Source: Bugula neritina (lineage: Eukaryota > Animalia > Bryozoa). Taken from it: a stretch of 64,000 bases of DNA. Below are positions 38,870 through 51,402 of the stretch, in pieces. The translations under genes and the position numbers were made by a program. Where the stretch lies: positions 8,723,929 through 8,787,928 of the forward strand of contig OZ037769.1 of assembly GCA_964035545.1 (NCBI GenBank), read 5' to 3'. A model generated the notes under the pieces. It saw nothing but the letters and a program-made list of their open reading frames with translations, had not been told where the DNA came from and ran no database searches. Each line of letters opens with the position of its first letter. Positions within the stretch are counted from its first letter, which is position 1.

Positions 38870-40950
38870 TCATATCTGGCAAGGCACCTAGTTCTGATGA
38901 CATTAGTAAAGCCTATTTAAATATTGACCCTGAGCAAACTGCCGAGTGTCTAAACCACATTTTTAATGCATCATTACCAGGGTTGGAGTAATTGTAATTG
39001 GGTGTAATTAATTACATTTTTCCAAGTAATTGTATGCAATTTGTAATTGTTGTATAAAAATGTAATTGCAATTGCAATTAATTACACTGCTAGTGCAATT
39101 TATTTTTACAATTACTTTATAAGTACATGTCAATTACTTCAAACTTTTAAATCTCAAAAAATTCAATCTTTTTCTACCATGCCAACTGTTCAAGAAAAAT
39201 TTCAGATTAATTCAATGTAGTATTGTATCACCCTATTAATCACTGTTGAGAACAAAGGAGGTTCTCCCACTGTCAAAATTGCCCGGGTAGTTGGACTCCA
39301 GAAGTGAGATTATATAACAGCTATTTGTCCCTTTAAAGAACTAAAGTAATTGTAATTGTAATTAATTACATTAATTTTAACTGTAATTATAATTGACAAA
39401 CTTTCATGTAATTGTAATTGTAATTAATCAAATTCACATGTAATTGACCCCAACCCTGAACATTACCCTCTGGAAAGCTTCCAAAAAGCTGGAAGACAGT
39501 TAATGTTTCTCCTTTACAAAAGTATGGCTCCAAAAGGAGGTGTCCACAACTATCGACCAACACCACTAACAAGGATTTTTATGAAATGCTGGAACATTTT
39601 TTCTTAAGGTTTTTGCTGGAAAAAGTTTATAAAGTATTACAGAATTGACAAAACAGCTTTAAAAAAGGACTGTCATGTGAAATGCAATTGTATACTACAA
39701 TGCAGGATATTTTCCAAGCTGTTGACAGCCGACAAATTGTTCATGCTGCCATTTTAGATTTCACAAAGGTCTTTGACTGAGTGCATCAACTCTCTATGAT
39801 TGCTGATATGGATGACTATCTCTTAGGCTGAATCTCAAACTTCCTGACAGAAAGATTTCAAAGCGTTGTCCTGCAAGGTCATGGCTAGGAGCCAATCTCC
39901 GTTACATCTGGTGTTCATCAAAGATCAGTCTTGAGCCCTATTTTATTTCTAGTCTTCATCAATGGCCTGCCAGACACCTTTGGTTGCTCAAACGACGGCC
40001 TCTTCGCTGATAATATTGTGTATCAAATGCCAACACTACTGATGACATCAAACAGTTTTACCAAAACCTTAATCGCTTAGGAGAATGGGCTGACATATGG
40101 GACATGTTGTCCAACATAGTCAAAAGTAAAATTATAGCTTTTAATTCTGCACAAGACTTAACGAAATACCCTTAAATAATCCTGAGGTCGAACATGTATG
40201 TAGTACCAAATACCTCCGAGTATAATCAAGTCAGATTGTAAGTTTGATGCACATATCCATGAGAAAGTTTTAAAAGCAAAGAAACAACTTGAAATGATTA
40301 GAAGAGCACTACACTCGGCATCGGCTTGTCAGCTTGCGTAGGTATAATACTCTCTGTCTACCACAACTGAAATATACTTGTGTGGTCTGGGACCCAGTTT
40401 GCAAAAGTGACATTGCTAGCTTGGAAGATGTTTATTCAGATGTTGTTCGCCTAATATGCGGCATAAAAGAACGGACAGATTTGAATTAGGCTATGAATAA
40501 ATTTGGGATAAAACCACTAGTATCCAGAAGAAGAAATAAATGCATCTATCTGCTTCTCCAGATTTAAGCCATAGATGAACACCACCCATCACTAACCGAA
40601 TCACATGAGCCCCTGGTTAAACAAACAATGTCAACAGTTCAAACTAGGTCTCAGGCTCAAGACATCTGCACTCAATCAGTACAAACCAAAATAAATAGTA
40701 ATACTATAATAGTTCAAGTTTATCACAGATAATTAGATATTTGAACATTGGATCAAACACAAAAAACCACAGCGCGGGCACATACTGCCCTTTCACCACG
40801 GAAAGGTTAAGCAGGCCTGTTTTGAATCCACTGTAAATTATATTTAAATTAAAATATATCTTCACTAACTACACGTACATACATGTAACCCATGATTGAA
40901 AATGTGGCACACCTTTTCTACCCAACAGGGTGGTTTAGTATAAAAAAATT
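38870..40950 (+). mobile_element. Degraded CR1/L2-group LINE, same family as 9340-10690, interrupted by a MITE
   Basis: Remnants SGKAP..D.I, LPKSWKTVNVSPL, NYRP, KGLSCEMQL, ILDFTKVFD, VTSGVHQ.SVLSPILF, LFADN and VWDP; 3' end GGCACACC...AGGGTGGTTTAGTA followed by an A-run. Confidence 0.9.
38978..39458. mobile_element. hAT-type non-autonomous element (481 bp) nested in the LINE
   Basis: TIR CAGGGTTGG...CCAACCCTG; 8-bp TSD ATCATTAC (38970-38977) and AACATTAC (39459-39466), one mismatch; subterminal GTAATT arrays at both ends. Confidence 0.88.
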
Positions 40951-42199
40951 CAACAGGTATCGACAGGAATAGTAATACTAATATAAACATCAATTAACAT
41001 TATCAAATTTAATATGAATATTTATACTCATAAACCTCAACTCAAACTGTCTCCTACTCACACACATACTCACATAGTTACGGTAAGTATAATATTATAG
41101 TGATGGTCTGATATTCCTAGTCACACACATACTGATAATGATAGTAGAACTAAGAGTAATGTTTATTATCAGTATCAGTACAAATATTCATATAATCTAT
41201 GAGTATGATAGTCAAAGTCGAAGTCAATTGGTATTACAACCACAATGCGAGTTTCTTATAAGTTATAACTAATATTATATTTATAATTTATTGTTATAGT
41301 AATACTAATATTAATAGTTAATGTTATGCACATGCCTCATAGTCATAGTGATACTGATACTCATACTAATACTAATAGTAATAGCCGAGAGGTAAGCATA
41401 TGCATCGCGATCAAGTTGGCGTTGAAGTTTTTCTTCAAGTTCAACTGAAACTTCAATCACGATCAGTATCACTATCAATACTGAGTAATGTAATGGTAAC
41501 GCACAGCCACAGGCCCAGACTCGTTCAGTTCTGTCATTTAGTTTTAGTTTTACTAATTTAGTGATTACTCATTGAGTCATTACTCTCAGAGTGAGAGTCA
41601 GACTGAGACTCAGTCTGCGTAAAGTAACAGTTTGCTTATAGTTATACCTATAGTTAATTACTATTAGTATTACTAATACTTGTAACTTGGTCTTAGTACT
41701 AATACTGAAAGTGAAAACCAAAATTTGAATATACTTGGGTTTTAGGTTTAATGGTTAGCGGTAAAGCGTGAGTCATTGCAATTGTCAATTTATAACGTAC
41801 TAAGAATATGGAACGGGTAGTAAATCTTATTGCATAACTCAGACAAAAACAGAAGCACGTGCACCGTTAAATTTTACGGCATTCAAAGTTAAGCTAATGG
41901 TAAAATTGTAAATACAAAAGTTTAAAACCAATTTATAATTCATTTTTCAAAAAAAGTTTTATGCATTTGGTTTCAACATCAAAATTTAAACATTTATCAT
42001 TGCGGATACAGTTTACTTTGTTTTAAAAGATTTAATAAGCTTTCCAGTTTCATCATTTCCGACTGTAAACAGCGGTTGCCTCGCTACGCTTGCAGTTGCA
42101 GTAGTTTGTCTCAATCCCTAATTCTTATATTCATAGCTCAGTTTATATTTCATTGGCAATATTTTGGTTGTTAGATAAAACTAAATTAAAAGCAACAGT

Positions 42200-45100
42200 A
42201 TGTCTGGTGGAGAAAACATCACCAAACTTAATGCAGCTGGTGATCAGCAAGAAACTGAGTTCACTGAAATGCCTGCTGCTAATGCCAACGATTCCAAGAC
42301 TAGGTCTAGCGGCGCATCCGAAAATGGTAGCGAGACGGATGCCTTTTTGGGAACTGCAAAACAAGAATCAGATGATTTGGAGGCTAGAAAAGTTGATGGT
42401 TATGATAAAGAGGCTGATGGACAAGGAAATGAGCACTTTTATGGACTTAGTCGAGAGGAGTTGGAGAAATACGCCAATGACCCCGTATGGGTGAAAACGA
42501 GAAGAGTTCTTTTTGCGATATTGGTTGTTGGATGGGTTGCTATGCTGGTCAGTGCTATAATTATAGTTGTCGTTACAGAAAAATGTCCTAAAAATCCAAA
42601 TTTGTTGTGGTATCAAGATGGTCTTGCATATCGTGTGGATACGGCAAAGTTTCAAGATTCAGACGCAAATGGTGTTGGAGATTTTACAGGTATGTATTTT
42701 TCTAATATATTAATTGTCATTATTTATTTACTACGTCTAGGTCCATTGCTACTTTCTTTCGATAAATTTTCGATATTCCATACATTTAGTCTTACAATCA
42801 CTATGGTTTTTCTGTTTCTGATGAATTATAAATGTAATACCTATACTAATACTTATAGGCTATAAGTTAAAATAATATATTGATATCATAAATACACATA
42901 TATTTTTGTTATTTGTGCTCAGTGCAGTCTCTGCTTAGTACATATTGTGACTATCATTATTGTGTAACTATAAGATTAAAATTAAATGATACCAAAACTG
43001 CATCTGTTAAAAAAAATTTGTTTTATACTTATAGTGTAGAACAATGCTTTATCATTATGCTAGGGCTTGAAAAACATTGTGATGTACGTTGGAATTTGGA
43101 ATAAGTTAATTTTAAGATGTTCATCCATGTGAACAATTTTTACATGGCTTAAGACCATATTTACTTTTAGTATGTATGTTTCTGATATCAAGTATCTATA
43201 TAAGCAAAAATTCTTCACTTCAGGTACTTCCTGCTAATAACTGGTTTGCATATAAATACTATTTTGTTACTTTATACCTCTACTAATGTTATACTTATCA
43301 AAAAGTTAACTACAGTATTCTCACTTTTAGTTCTTGCCTATTCCTATCACTACTATCCAATTATTTATACAATGTTATACTAATGATTCACTGACAAGTG
43401 ACATTTAGATTTATTTTATGTGAATTTTAAAAATCTAAATAATAATAGCGACATATTTTTGGAAAATCTCTAATGAAAGTGCTAGGCAATGGCAGATCTT
43501 CAATGACTTGTGGCCTGCAATATCACAATTTATTTCTCTGAGTCTCAACACTTTTATTCTAGGTATTGAACAGCACGCTGAACACTTTGCTGAGCTTTCT
43601 GTGGTGTCTGTATGGCTTGAAGATATGTCTAGCAAAATGGCTTTTGAGGGTAAAGATATAAGTTTGAACTCTACTGATGTTGGTACACTGGAAGCATTTG
43701 TAAACCTCACCAAAACTTTCAATAAAAAAGGTAAATTTAATATTTTTTCAGCAAGTATTATTTATTCATAATTTCTATTTTTTCCTGGACAGCTGAATCT
43801 ACAAATTGTAGTTTGTTCTGGTTGACAAGCTGCTCTTCTGATTAAATAGCTGGCAAGTAGTCATTAGCTCTTTGTGTACACTGCAAACATATAAAACACT
43901 TTATTAAGCTGTAGCAGGCTTTACATCAGAACAGCTTGGTTAAATAAATTCTAGTAGAGATGTGATAGTGAATAATGAATTATGCTTTGTTGGTTCGCAG
44001 GTATTCGAGTGGGTGTTGGCTTGACATTGACAGCTTCCCAGCTGTCTTCTAGTGATGGAGACATTACTTTCAAGGTACATGATTACAGAAAACTTAGTGG
44101 CCAAGTCAATTGTTAATATACATCTAAACAGTGCCATTATTAAATGTTTAAAGAGCGTTCACTATTTTTTTTAATTCTTATTTGATTTTTATGCCTAATT
44201 CATCATAATTCTGATAGCTTGAGATCCGTGGGAGTCAGCATGAACTGTAAGTAATTAGCATAAAGGTTAAGGGTCAAATTCCAGAATCTTGTAGATGATA
44301 GCTGAAATAAATTAATTCTTCTGTTAGTGTATATTAAATTACACTTGTTCCCTAATTACTATCATATTCCCACATTGCTAGCACTAATCACCTCTCTTTG
44401 TGATGAATTCTTATCCATTCCTATCAGTAGCTGACCTACATTCACAAGCCAGCTGCCTCCTCAGGGTTTTATCTATTACTAACAGGGTTTTCACTTCATG
44501 TAATATGTACTTATTGATTGGCATTCAAGTATAATACTTCCACCAGGGGGATCAGTCTACTTTGAGTTGATAAGTGTTTACAATTTGTCTGGTTGCTTTT
44601 CATCAACCTTGTACCAAATAAGCCCTGTTGTGAAAAACAAGGTGCATTTTCTAAATCCTAAGACTTTAACAAATGGCCTTGTATACCTAAAGTGGTGTTA
44701 GTTGATTGTCTCCCTTGTCTCTTTTCTGTCCTAACTCTGTCCTATTAAATCTAATTGGTTTCTACATGATATCCCAGTATGTTACTGGTCCATCACTTCT
44801 CCCTTCAATATTAATTATGTGTGGCAATGAGCAACTATCTATCTACTTATTTTAGGGAACTTAATAAAGAAGGCAGGCAGTTTAGAATCTGCACTGTTAT
44901 TGTCTAGCTCAATTATACCTCCATAGTGTCACATCACACGCACTATAGCAGGCTATATGATGTTATTGATTAGTGTCACTTAGTTTCACAATTATACTCA
45001 TGGATTTAACTCTACTTTGTATTAGGAATACTGTGTGTTTGCCAACAGCTGCTTGTTCTACTTGTCAATAGATGTCAGCTATCAATTTTGGATTTCTTTT

Positions 45101-48100
45101 AAAAAAAAACAGCTTTTTCTATAAAAAGAAGAATTACAGTGGCTGTTATGTTGATTGTAGGATGTGGTGAAGTATTGGGCTGATGCTGGTGCAGAGCTGT
45201 TTGTGGTAGACGCTGCTACGGAGGTAGATGATGTATGTATCAGTAATTTCATCTCCTTGAAATATTGGGTAGTCAATTATATCAGTTATTAGTCACTGTA
45301 TAACTGTGTAACTCATTGCAGATAGGTTACCTGGATACACTGATAGAATGCCAAGAGGTACTAGATATCGAGTACAACAAGAAAGATGATAGAAATAGGT
45401 AAACTATATTATAGTTTTAGTAATCAACTCTGGTACCAGCTGTGGTTCAACAATGTTTTAGTTTGTGGCATGTCAAACAAGTAAATCTACCTTAACCCAT
45501 GACTTGCTTGGCTGACTGTTTGAATGGCTGTTAAATATCCCGTATCTGCTGCACTTCTGCTGCACTTCCGTTCAAGTTTTTAATAGTAAGTTTTGTGCTG
45601 GTAGAAGTTTGTAAAAATACCACATGGATGTAACTGTACAGCCTTATTTCAACAGAGTTTATTAAAACCTGAGTAATTGAAAAGCTGTCTGACTGCTTCA
45701 AACCTGTTACCACTTATCCACTGCCTTGATTATTTGAAGTGTTGCCTTTATAGAGTGATGGTGAGCAGTGCTGCCATGCAGGGAGCTGTCAATAAAAGTG
45801 AAGCTGTCATGGCTGCCATCACTGTTGTGAATGATGTGTGTACTGGTGACCGAACTGGCAGTTGCGTCTTGGAGACTTTGAAGAACACTGGAATGGCAAA
45901 TGATGATTTACCATGGAAAGTGGTGGATGTAAGCATAGTGCAACTCATTTGCTAATTTATTATCTGTTTTATTTTACTACTAGTGCTTTAGTTTTGAGCA
46001 ATACTGTGGTATCTAGTTCTTGCTGTCCAGCTCTCTTGTCTGGAAGGTCCGCTTGTTTACTATGACCTATTTGCCTTATGTACTGCTAAATAAGTAATTC
46101 CAATCATGATTTGCATTGCAGGTTAATTATGATCTGGGTAACCCAGCATGTAACTTGGCTTTGAGGCTCACTATCCCAGGCACCCCTATAGTTGCATACG
46201 GCACAGAGATTGGGCTAGCTGCTGGAGGGTTCATGATCTGGAATGACACCAAAGCCAGTGGATTTACTAATAAAGTCAACTGGACAATGCCTCCCAGTCA
46301 AGTTATGGTAGACAGTGTGCTGGTAAGTGTTTCTAGACAGTGTGGCTCCATTACTTACCCTATGGATTCTCCTATTCTCTTATGCATTATTTTGTGGTTT
46401 GCATGAACTTATGGCTGTGGTTTCATTAGTGCAACTTCTTGAACATCAATGAAAAATTTTGTGTGAAGCAATTTAAACAATCAAGCATAACACACTGCGT
46501 TTCCATTATCGCATTATGCGAATGGATTTTTTCATTCGGCTAATGGAAACAGTTACATCGAATGAAACCGCAACTATAAGTTAATGCAAACCACAAACCA
46601 CAAATAATCCGTACGAAGCATTATGCGCAGTCATGGAAACGCAGTCACAATCAAACAGCTTCAGACACCCTTTGCTGTAACCTCCACCATTAATCATTTT
46701 AAAGACACCTTGTTGAAGTTCTCAAAGTCCGCTATTGAGTACATCTATGACACCTCATTGGACATTTATATCCAATGAGTTGATCCCAATGTCTCCCTGT
46801 CCAATAGGAGCCCGACATTTGTTTAATCAAACAGTGTTTGATCCTCGATGTACTGTAACGGTCAGCCGAGACATTTTTTAAACATGGCCAACATTTGATG
46901 TTACCTTCGATGTTAAGGCAGAGTGTGTCTGAGCTGTAAGGGTAGCCACCATATAAATTGGTAAATAATGTACACATAATCTCTATTGTTCAGCACTTGC
47001 TATGTTAGTACATTGTAAAAGTTGATATAATAGCAAATAGATTAGACTGTGAAAACAAGTGGCAATTAATTGTCACGAAAACATTGAAAACATTTGGGCT
47101 TACGTGACTCAACTCATGGCAACAGTAATTTATTGCTTTGAGTGAAGCTGATTTGATGGCCTCTATGTGGTAAAATATATTGATATTAGAAAATGTTAGT
47201 CAGGATCTAACTTGTACTTTACAGGCTCAAAAGTCGGCAGGCTATGATGCTGGCTCATCCATTTACTCTCTCTTCAAAGATCTGGCTGCAGTGAGAGCTG
47301 AGCAGAGATCCCTTCAATGGGGAGAGTTTCTCCCTCTCACCTTCGGTGGTCAGTGTAATAATATAGTCTACTTATTGCCTTGTGCGAGAGTTGTTATATA
47401 TTCTCTATAGTCAGCCTCTGCATTATGCCCCTCATTCCATTTCAGGCTTTCTATAGTCTAGTGCAACTCAATGTTCAATATCGGTTTAGTAAACAGATTT
47501 GTTTCATATTCAATTTGCATAAAATAAATGAAGCTAAAGCATTATCAATCTCTTGACTCCCTCTGATATACACACTTTCTTTGTGTTCTCATTGTCCTTT
47601 GCCGTTACCTTAGATTTAGATACATCTATTAGCCAAAGGTGATATAGACAATTCTAATTTGAGTTTATTATTTGTATTCAAACTATACAGTCAGTGTTCA
47701 ATTGAGTATGTTTAATATAAGCATATAAATGTTTATCTGGTGTGTAATACTTGCATATTTTTGACTAGGTAGATAATATTTGTCCAGTGAGTGTCTAAAA
47801 TATGCTGTTGGTTGAGTTCCCATTCTATTCCTCAGGTATTGCCTAATATATTATACTCAGTTAGTTCTACTTGTGACGGAGTTACTATAAAAAAGCTCAC
47901 GCAAGTTTATAGTCTCCATCTCTGTGAGAAAAAAACCCCAGGAGCAATTATGACTGGATGCTTTTCCTAAACATCACCAATGACCTTTGCGGGGGGGGGG
48001 GGGGGTCCTTTTGTTTACTAAGCAACGGTGGCTGCTCCCTCTCAACATAATCTTGGTTTAGCTGTGAAAAGTGTTGCATATGAAAATAAATTCACAAATT

Positions 48101-49184
48101 ATAAAGAATATGGCCGCTTGAAACCTAACCTAACCGTGGTAGATATTATTACAGTTATACGCATATAATTAGGGTTGGAAAAGTGTGTAAGCAATTCTTA
48201 TCCAACGCCTAATTAGTTGTGTAACTTGGGCCTGCTGTACTTGTGAAAGTTGATTTAACTCTTCACATTCCAATATATTTTCAGTCCTACTTTAACGTAT
48301 ACTAAAGTCTTTGCTTTGTAGGTCAAGTTCAGGCGTTTGTTAGAGAGGCTGACAAAATAGACCCGGTAGTGGTGGCGGTGAACCCTGGAGGTGACCACGC
48401 TGGCTCTTTAGAGTATGGTGATTTCACCAGGGGGGAGGTATGTAGTCCTCGACCATGCTCAATTGGTTCTTCTAAAACTTGCTAAATGGCTAACTGAACT
48501 TCATATATTTTAAATTGGTGAAAGCATTCCCATCTTCACAAATGTGCACGTGCTACACAACTGTTGCTTTATTATACTTGTGAGACAGAGTTTTATTTAA
48601 AGAATTTAGCTGGCCTACAAATGGCTTTCAAAATGTGTGGAATATTTAGTACTCTAATGTTATACAGCATGACTAGACCGTTGAGCTATCTGCAGAGTGG
48701 AAATGCTGATATAATAACTGCTGTTGTAGAGGCTAATGCTATGTTGTTATTGGGGAGACAACTTCTGCGTCAACTTTAGGCCATGCAAATTATATACATG
48801 TGCAGTCCGAGTAAAATCGCTGCTTTCTTTAGACGTCATTAAAAGTTTAATGTTTATAGAATCCTATCTACATCTACTTTATTATAAAACTGTAAATGTG
48901 TTGAATCCAGCAAACCTGAAAATATGGGTTACTGTAGCAATATGTTATAGTATAATCCACCTAGCCACCATTTAGTTTGCTGTTTCTCAAGCCTTCTTAC
49001 TATGACATCTAAACTTACGGCAGCACTATATAGTACATGGAGTATAACATTACCATCTCTCTTTCAGGTTCTCGTCACCAGAGGTTTGGACCTGGCTCCA
49101 GGGGATGAAGTGGACCTTAATGCTGTTTTCATGCCTAGTGGAGGGGTTTTTGTTGCCAAAATGATGGAACCAGAAAAAATTTAG
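42200..49184 (+). CDS. SLC3 family heavy chain (4F2hc/SLC3A2- or rBAT/SLC3A1-like), type II membrane protein with alpha-amylase-like ectodomain
   Basis: Exon 1 (42200-42689): GLSREELEKYANDPVWVKTR, a TM helix, juxtamembrane KCP and WYQDGLAYRV...FQDSDANGVGDFTG. Later exons near 43563, 44000, 45161, 45322, 45753, 46122 (LTIPGTPIVAYGTEIGL), 47225 (SLQWGEF), 48322 and 49068-49184. Confidence 0.88.
46494..46645. mobile_element. Small MITE (152 bp), possibly PIF/Harbinger-like
   Basis: 13-bp perfect TIR ACTGCGTTTCCAT...ATGGAAACGCAGT, flanked by CAC on both sides. Confidence 0.65.
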
Positions 49185-49579
49185 TGTACTATGATTCAAC
49201 AACTTTGTTTAACTTTATTCTCATAAGTTCATCAGATTTGTCTTGCTGTCAAAGGTGTATATGTAGTTACAAATGTAATCTTTGAATTAATTGGACACAG
49301 ACTTGTATGAAATAGTAAAACATTAGCATTATATAACTATTATATAAATAATGAAGGGATGGATGTCAACTGTAATAGTCCTAATGATTCTCTACTTTCT
49401 GTTGTACAAAACAAAATTGTTGTACTTTTTTATTTTAAGTGAGTTTAATGTAACTGCATACATCACTTCTTGGCAAAAAAAGACTGCTCATGTTGATTTT
49501 TTGAGACCATGTTAATTCAAAGTGGCCTATTTACTAACTTTAGTATAATTATAAATCAAACTGCAATGCAGACAATGAA

Positions 49580-49580
<1 letters not shown>

Positions 49581-49621
<41 letters not shown>
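49581..49621. repeat. (TA)n microsatellite
   Basis: About 20 TA units, downstream of the SLC3 stop codon. Confidence 0.95.
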
Positions 49622-49623
<2 letters not shown>

Positions 49624-51402
49624 TGTATGGTTTTATATATTCATGATGACTTCACTGTCACTATGTTATTGTAATTAAATTTTAGCCAAAACTTTTTAGT
49701 CTTTGCTAATTATAACCCTTGCCAATATTAATTTGTAGCTTTTTGTAACTTTCTTTTGCGTTTTATATGCATGTTCTTAAATATAGGTCTTGTACGCTTC
49801 TATCAACTCTGACAGTCTGAGAAAACTTACTAAATTTTCTTGTAGACTACTTTTGTTACGTTTATCAAATTGCAGTAACCCAATAATCACCTTTCTGTAT
49901 AATATTTACTATAGACTGCTTAATATTTAATTTTGTATGACCGTGGTGCAGAAAGTTTGGTTTTTAATTTGCAACTTTTAGCAGGCAAAGTTATCTGCTC
50001 CTGTACTTTGCACTAAATACATCCATTCACCTGCCAGTCTAATTGGGCAACTAACATTGCATTTGACCTAATTATTCCTCCTCACTACATGCATTGCTGG
50101 ACATCTCTCAGTTGGAAGCACAAAGATTTTCAACTGTAGAAATAATAGGAAACTGGAATTGATGTGAGAAAGCTTGTATACTACTCTTTACATGGTTATA
50201 GAGTACAGAACAACAGATATATCACATTTTCCCTTTTTTAAGAACTATAGTTCGCAAAATCATTGAATGTATTTGATTTTATAAGGAAAATTTTAGGCTG
50301 ATCCCATATTTCTTTAACTTTATGTCTATTGTATAAACAGCTGCTGCTGGAACAGCCAGCCAGCTATAAGCTGCTGTTAGTTGCTGACTGTGCTTTTATG
50401 CAGTACGTCATCTACTGCTCTACAGGATACTCTACAAGTCTGCTATTTCTTATGCATCAGCAGTAGCAATTTACTAGCTTTACTTGTACTATAAAATATT
50501 ATAGTTAGTGTAATAATATACTCGAATAATGCGCTTCTGAGTGGAACAACACATTTTAAAATCTGCTGTGAATTTTTTGGCATAGTAATCAACATAATGT
50601 TTTGGGATGGTGAGACAGTGCCGATAGCGTACATAGCCTCGTATAGACAGGACATTTGATTTACTTCCAACTAGTCCAAAGTTATTTTCAATTAAGGAAT
50701 GTCTTCGTTTAATTTTATGAAATTAAATTACACAGATAATAATGAATTACCCAAATAATAATGTTCTCATGTGCCTACAATCTATTTGAATAACAATTAA
50801 ACATAATGTAGCCTGATACAAAGTAATGCCGAACACAAGTATGACTAAAATATTATGCACTGTTTAAAAATTGTCTTGTATAATTAACTTGTTGCTTGTA
50901 AGGTGCTATGTGCATGTCAACAATAACCTAGCTTAATTTTGCAGGATAGACTTCATCAATAATTGCAATTTTTAAATCATTATTTTAAAGATTGGCTGTT
51001 TTTAGATATACCTAGTCTAGTAAATAGCGCATCTAATATATTTTATATATTATAACATAACAGCAGAATAAATCATTTCTAGATATAATGTACATATCAA
51101 CTAAGAACTGACAATCACAAACCAAATTATATTATAATATGTATACTTGATTGTTGGAAATAATTTGCTTATTCAAAGTAAAAACCCACCGTCTATTGCT
51201 ACATAATCATTTAAAGCAAAGCATAATAATTGTAATAAGACATAGTAACTTACATATTCACTAGAGTGACTAGCACTACCAGAAAGTTAATTTTTCAGTC
51301 ACAATTTGAATGTGGTATAAGTATTAGCAGTTAAAATATGTTAGTAGAATAAAAATTTCTTGTTCACAACTTGTTCGTGTCAGTCACAGAGTTACATATC
51401 AA

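Noticed and set aside
44188-44268. Short imperfect inverted repeat TTTATGCCTAATT...AATTAGCATAAA
   Set aside because: Single copy with unclear ends and no TSD; cannot be called a MITE or an RNA hairpin.
47991-48005. G15 homopolymer, potential G-quadruplex
   Set aside because: An isolated run with no supporting context.
48564-48779. Intronic peptide TRPLSYLQSGNADIITAV, reminiscent of a hAT transposase
   Set aside because: Too short and diverged, with no termini; needs a profile search.
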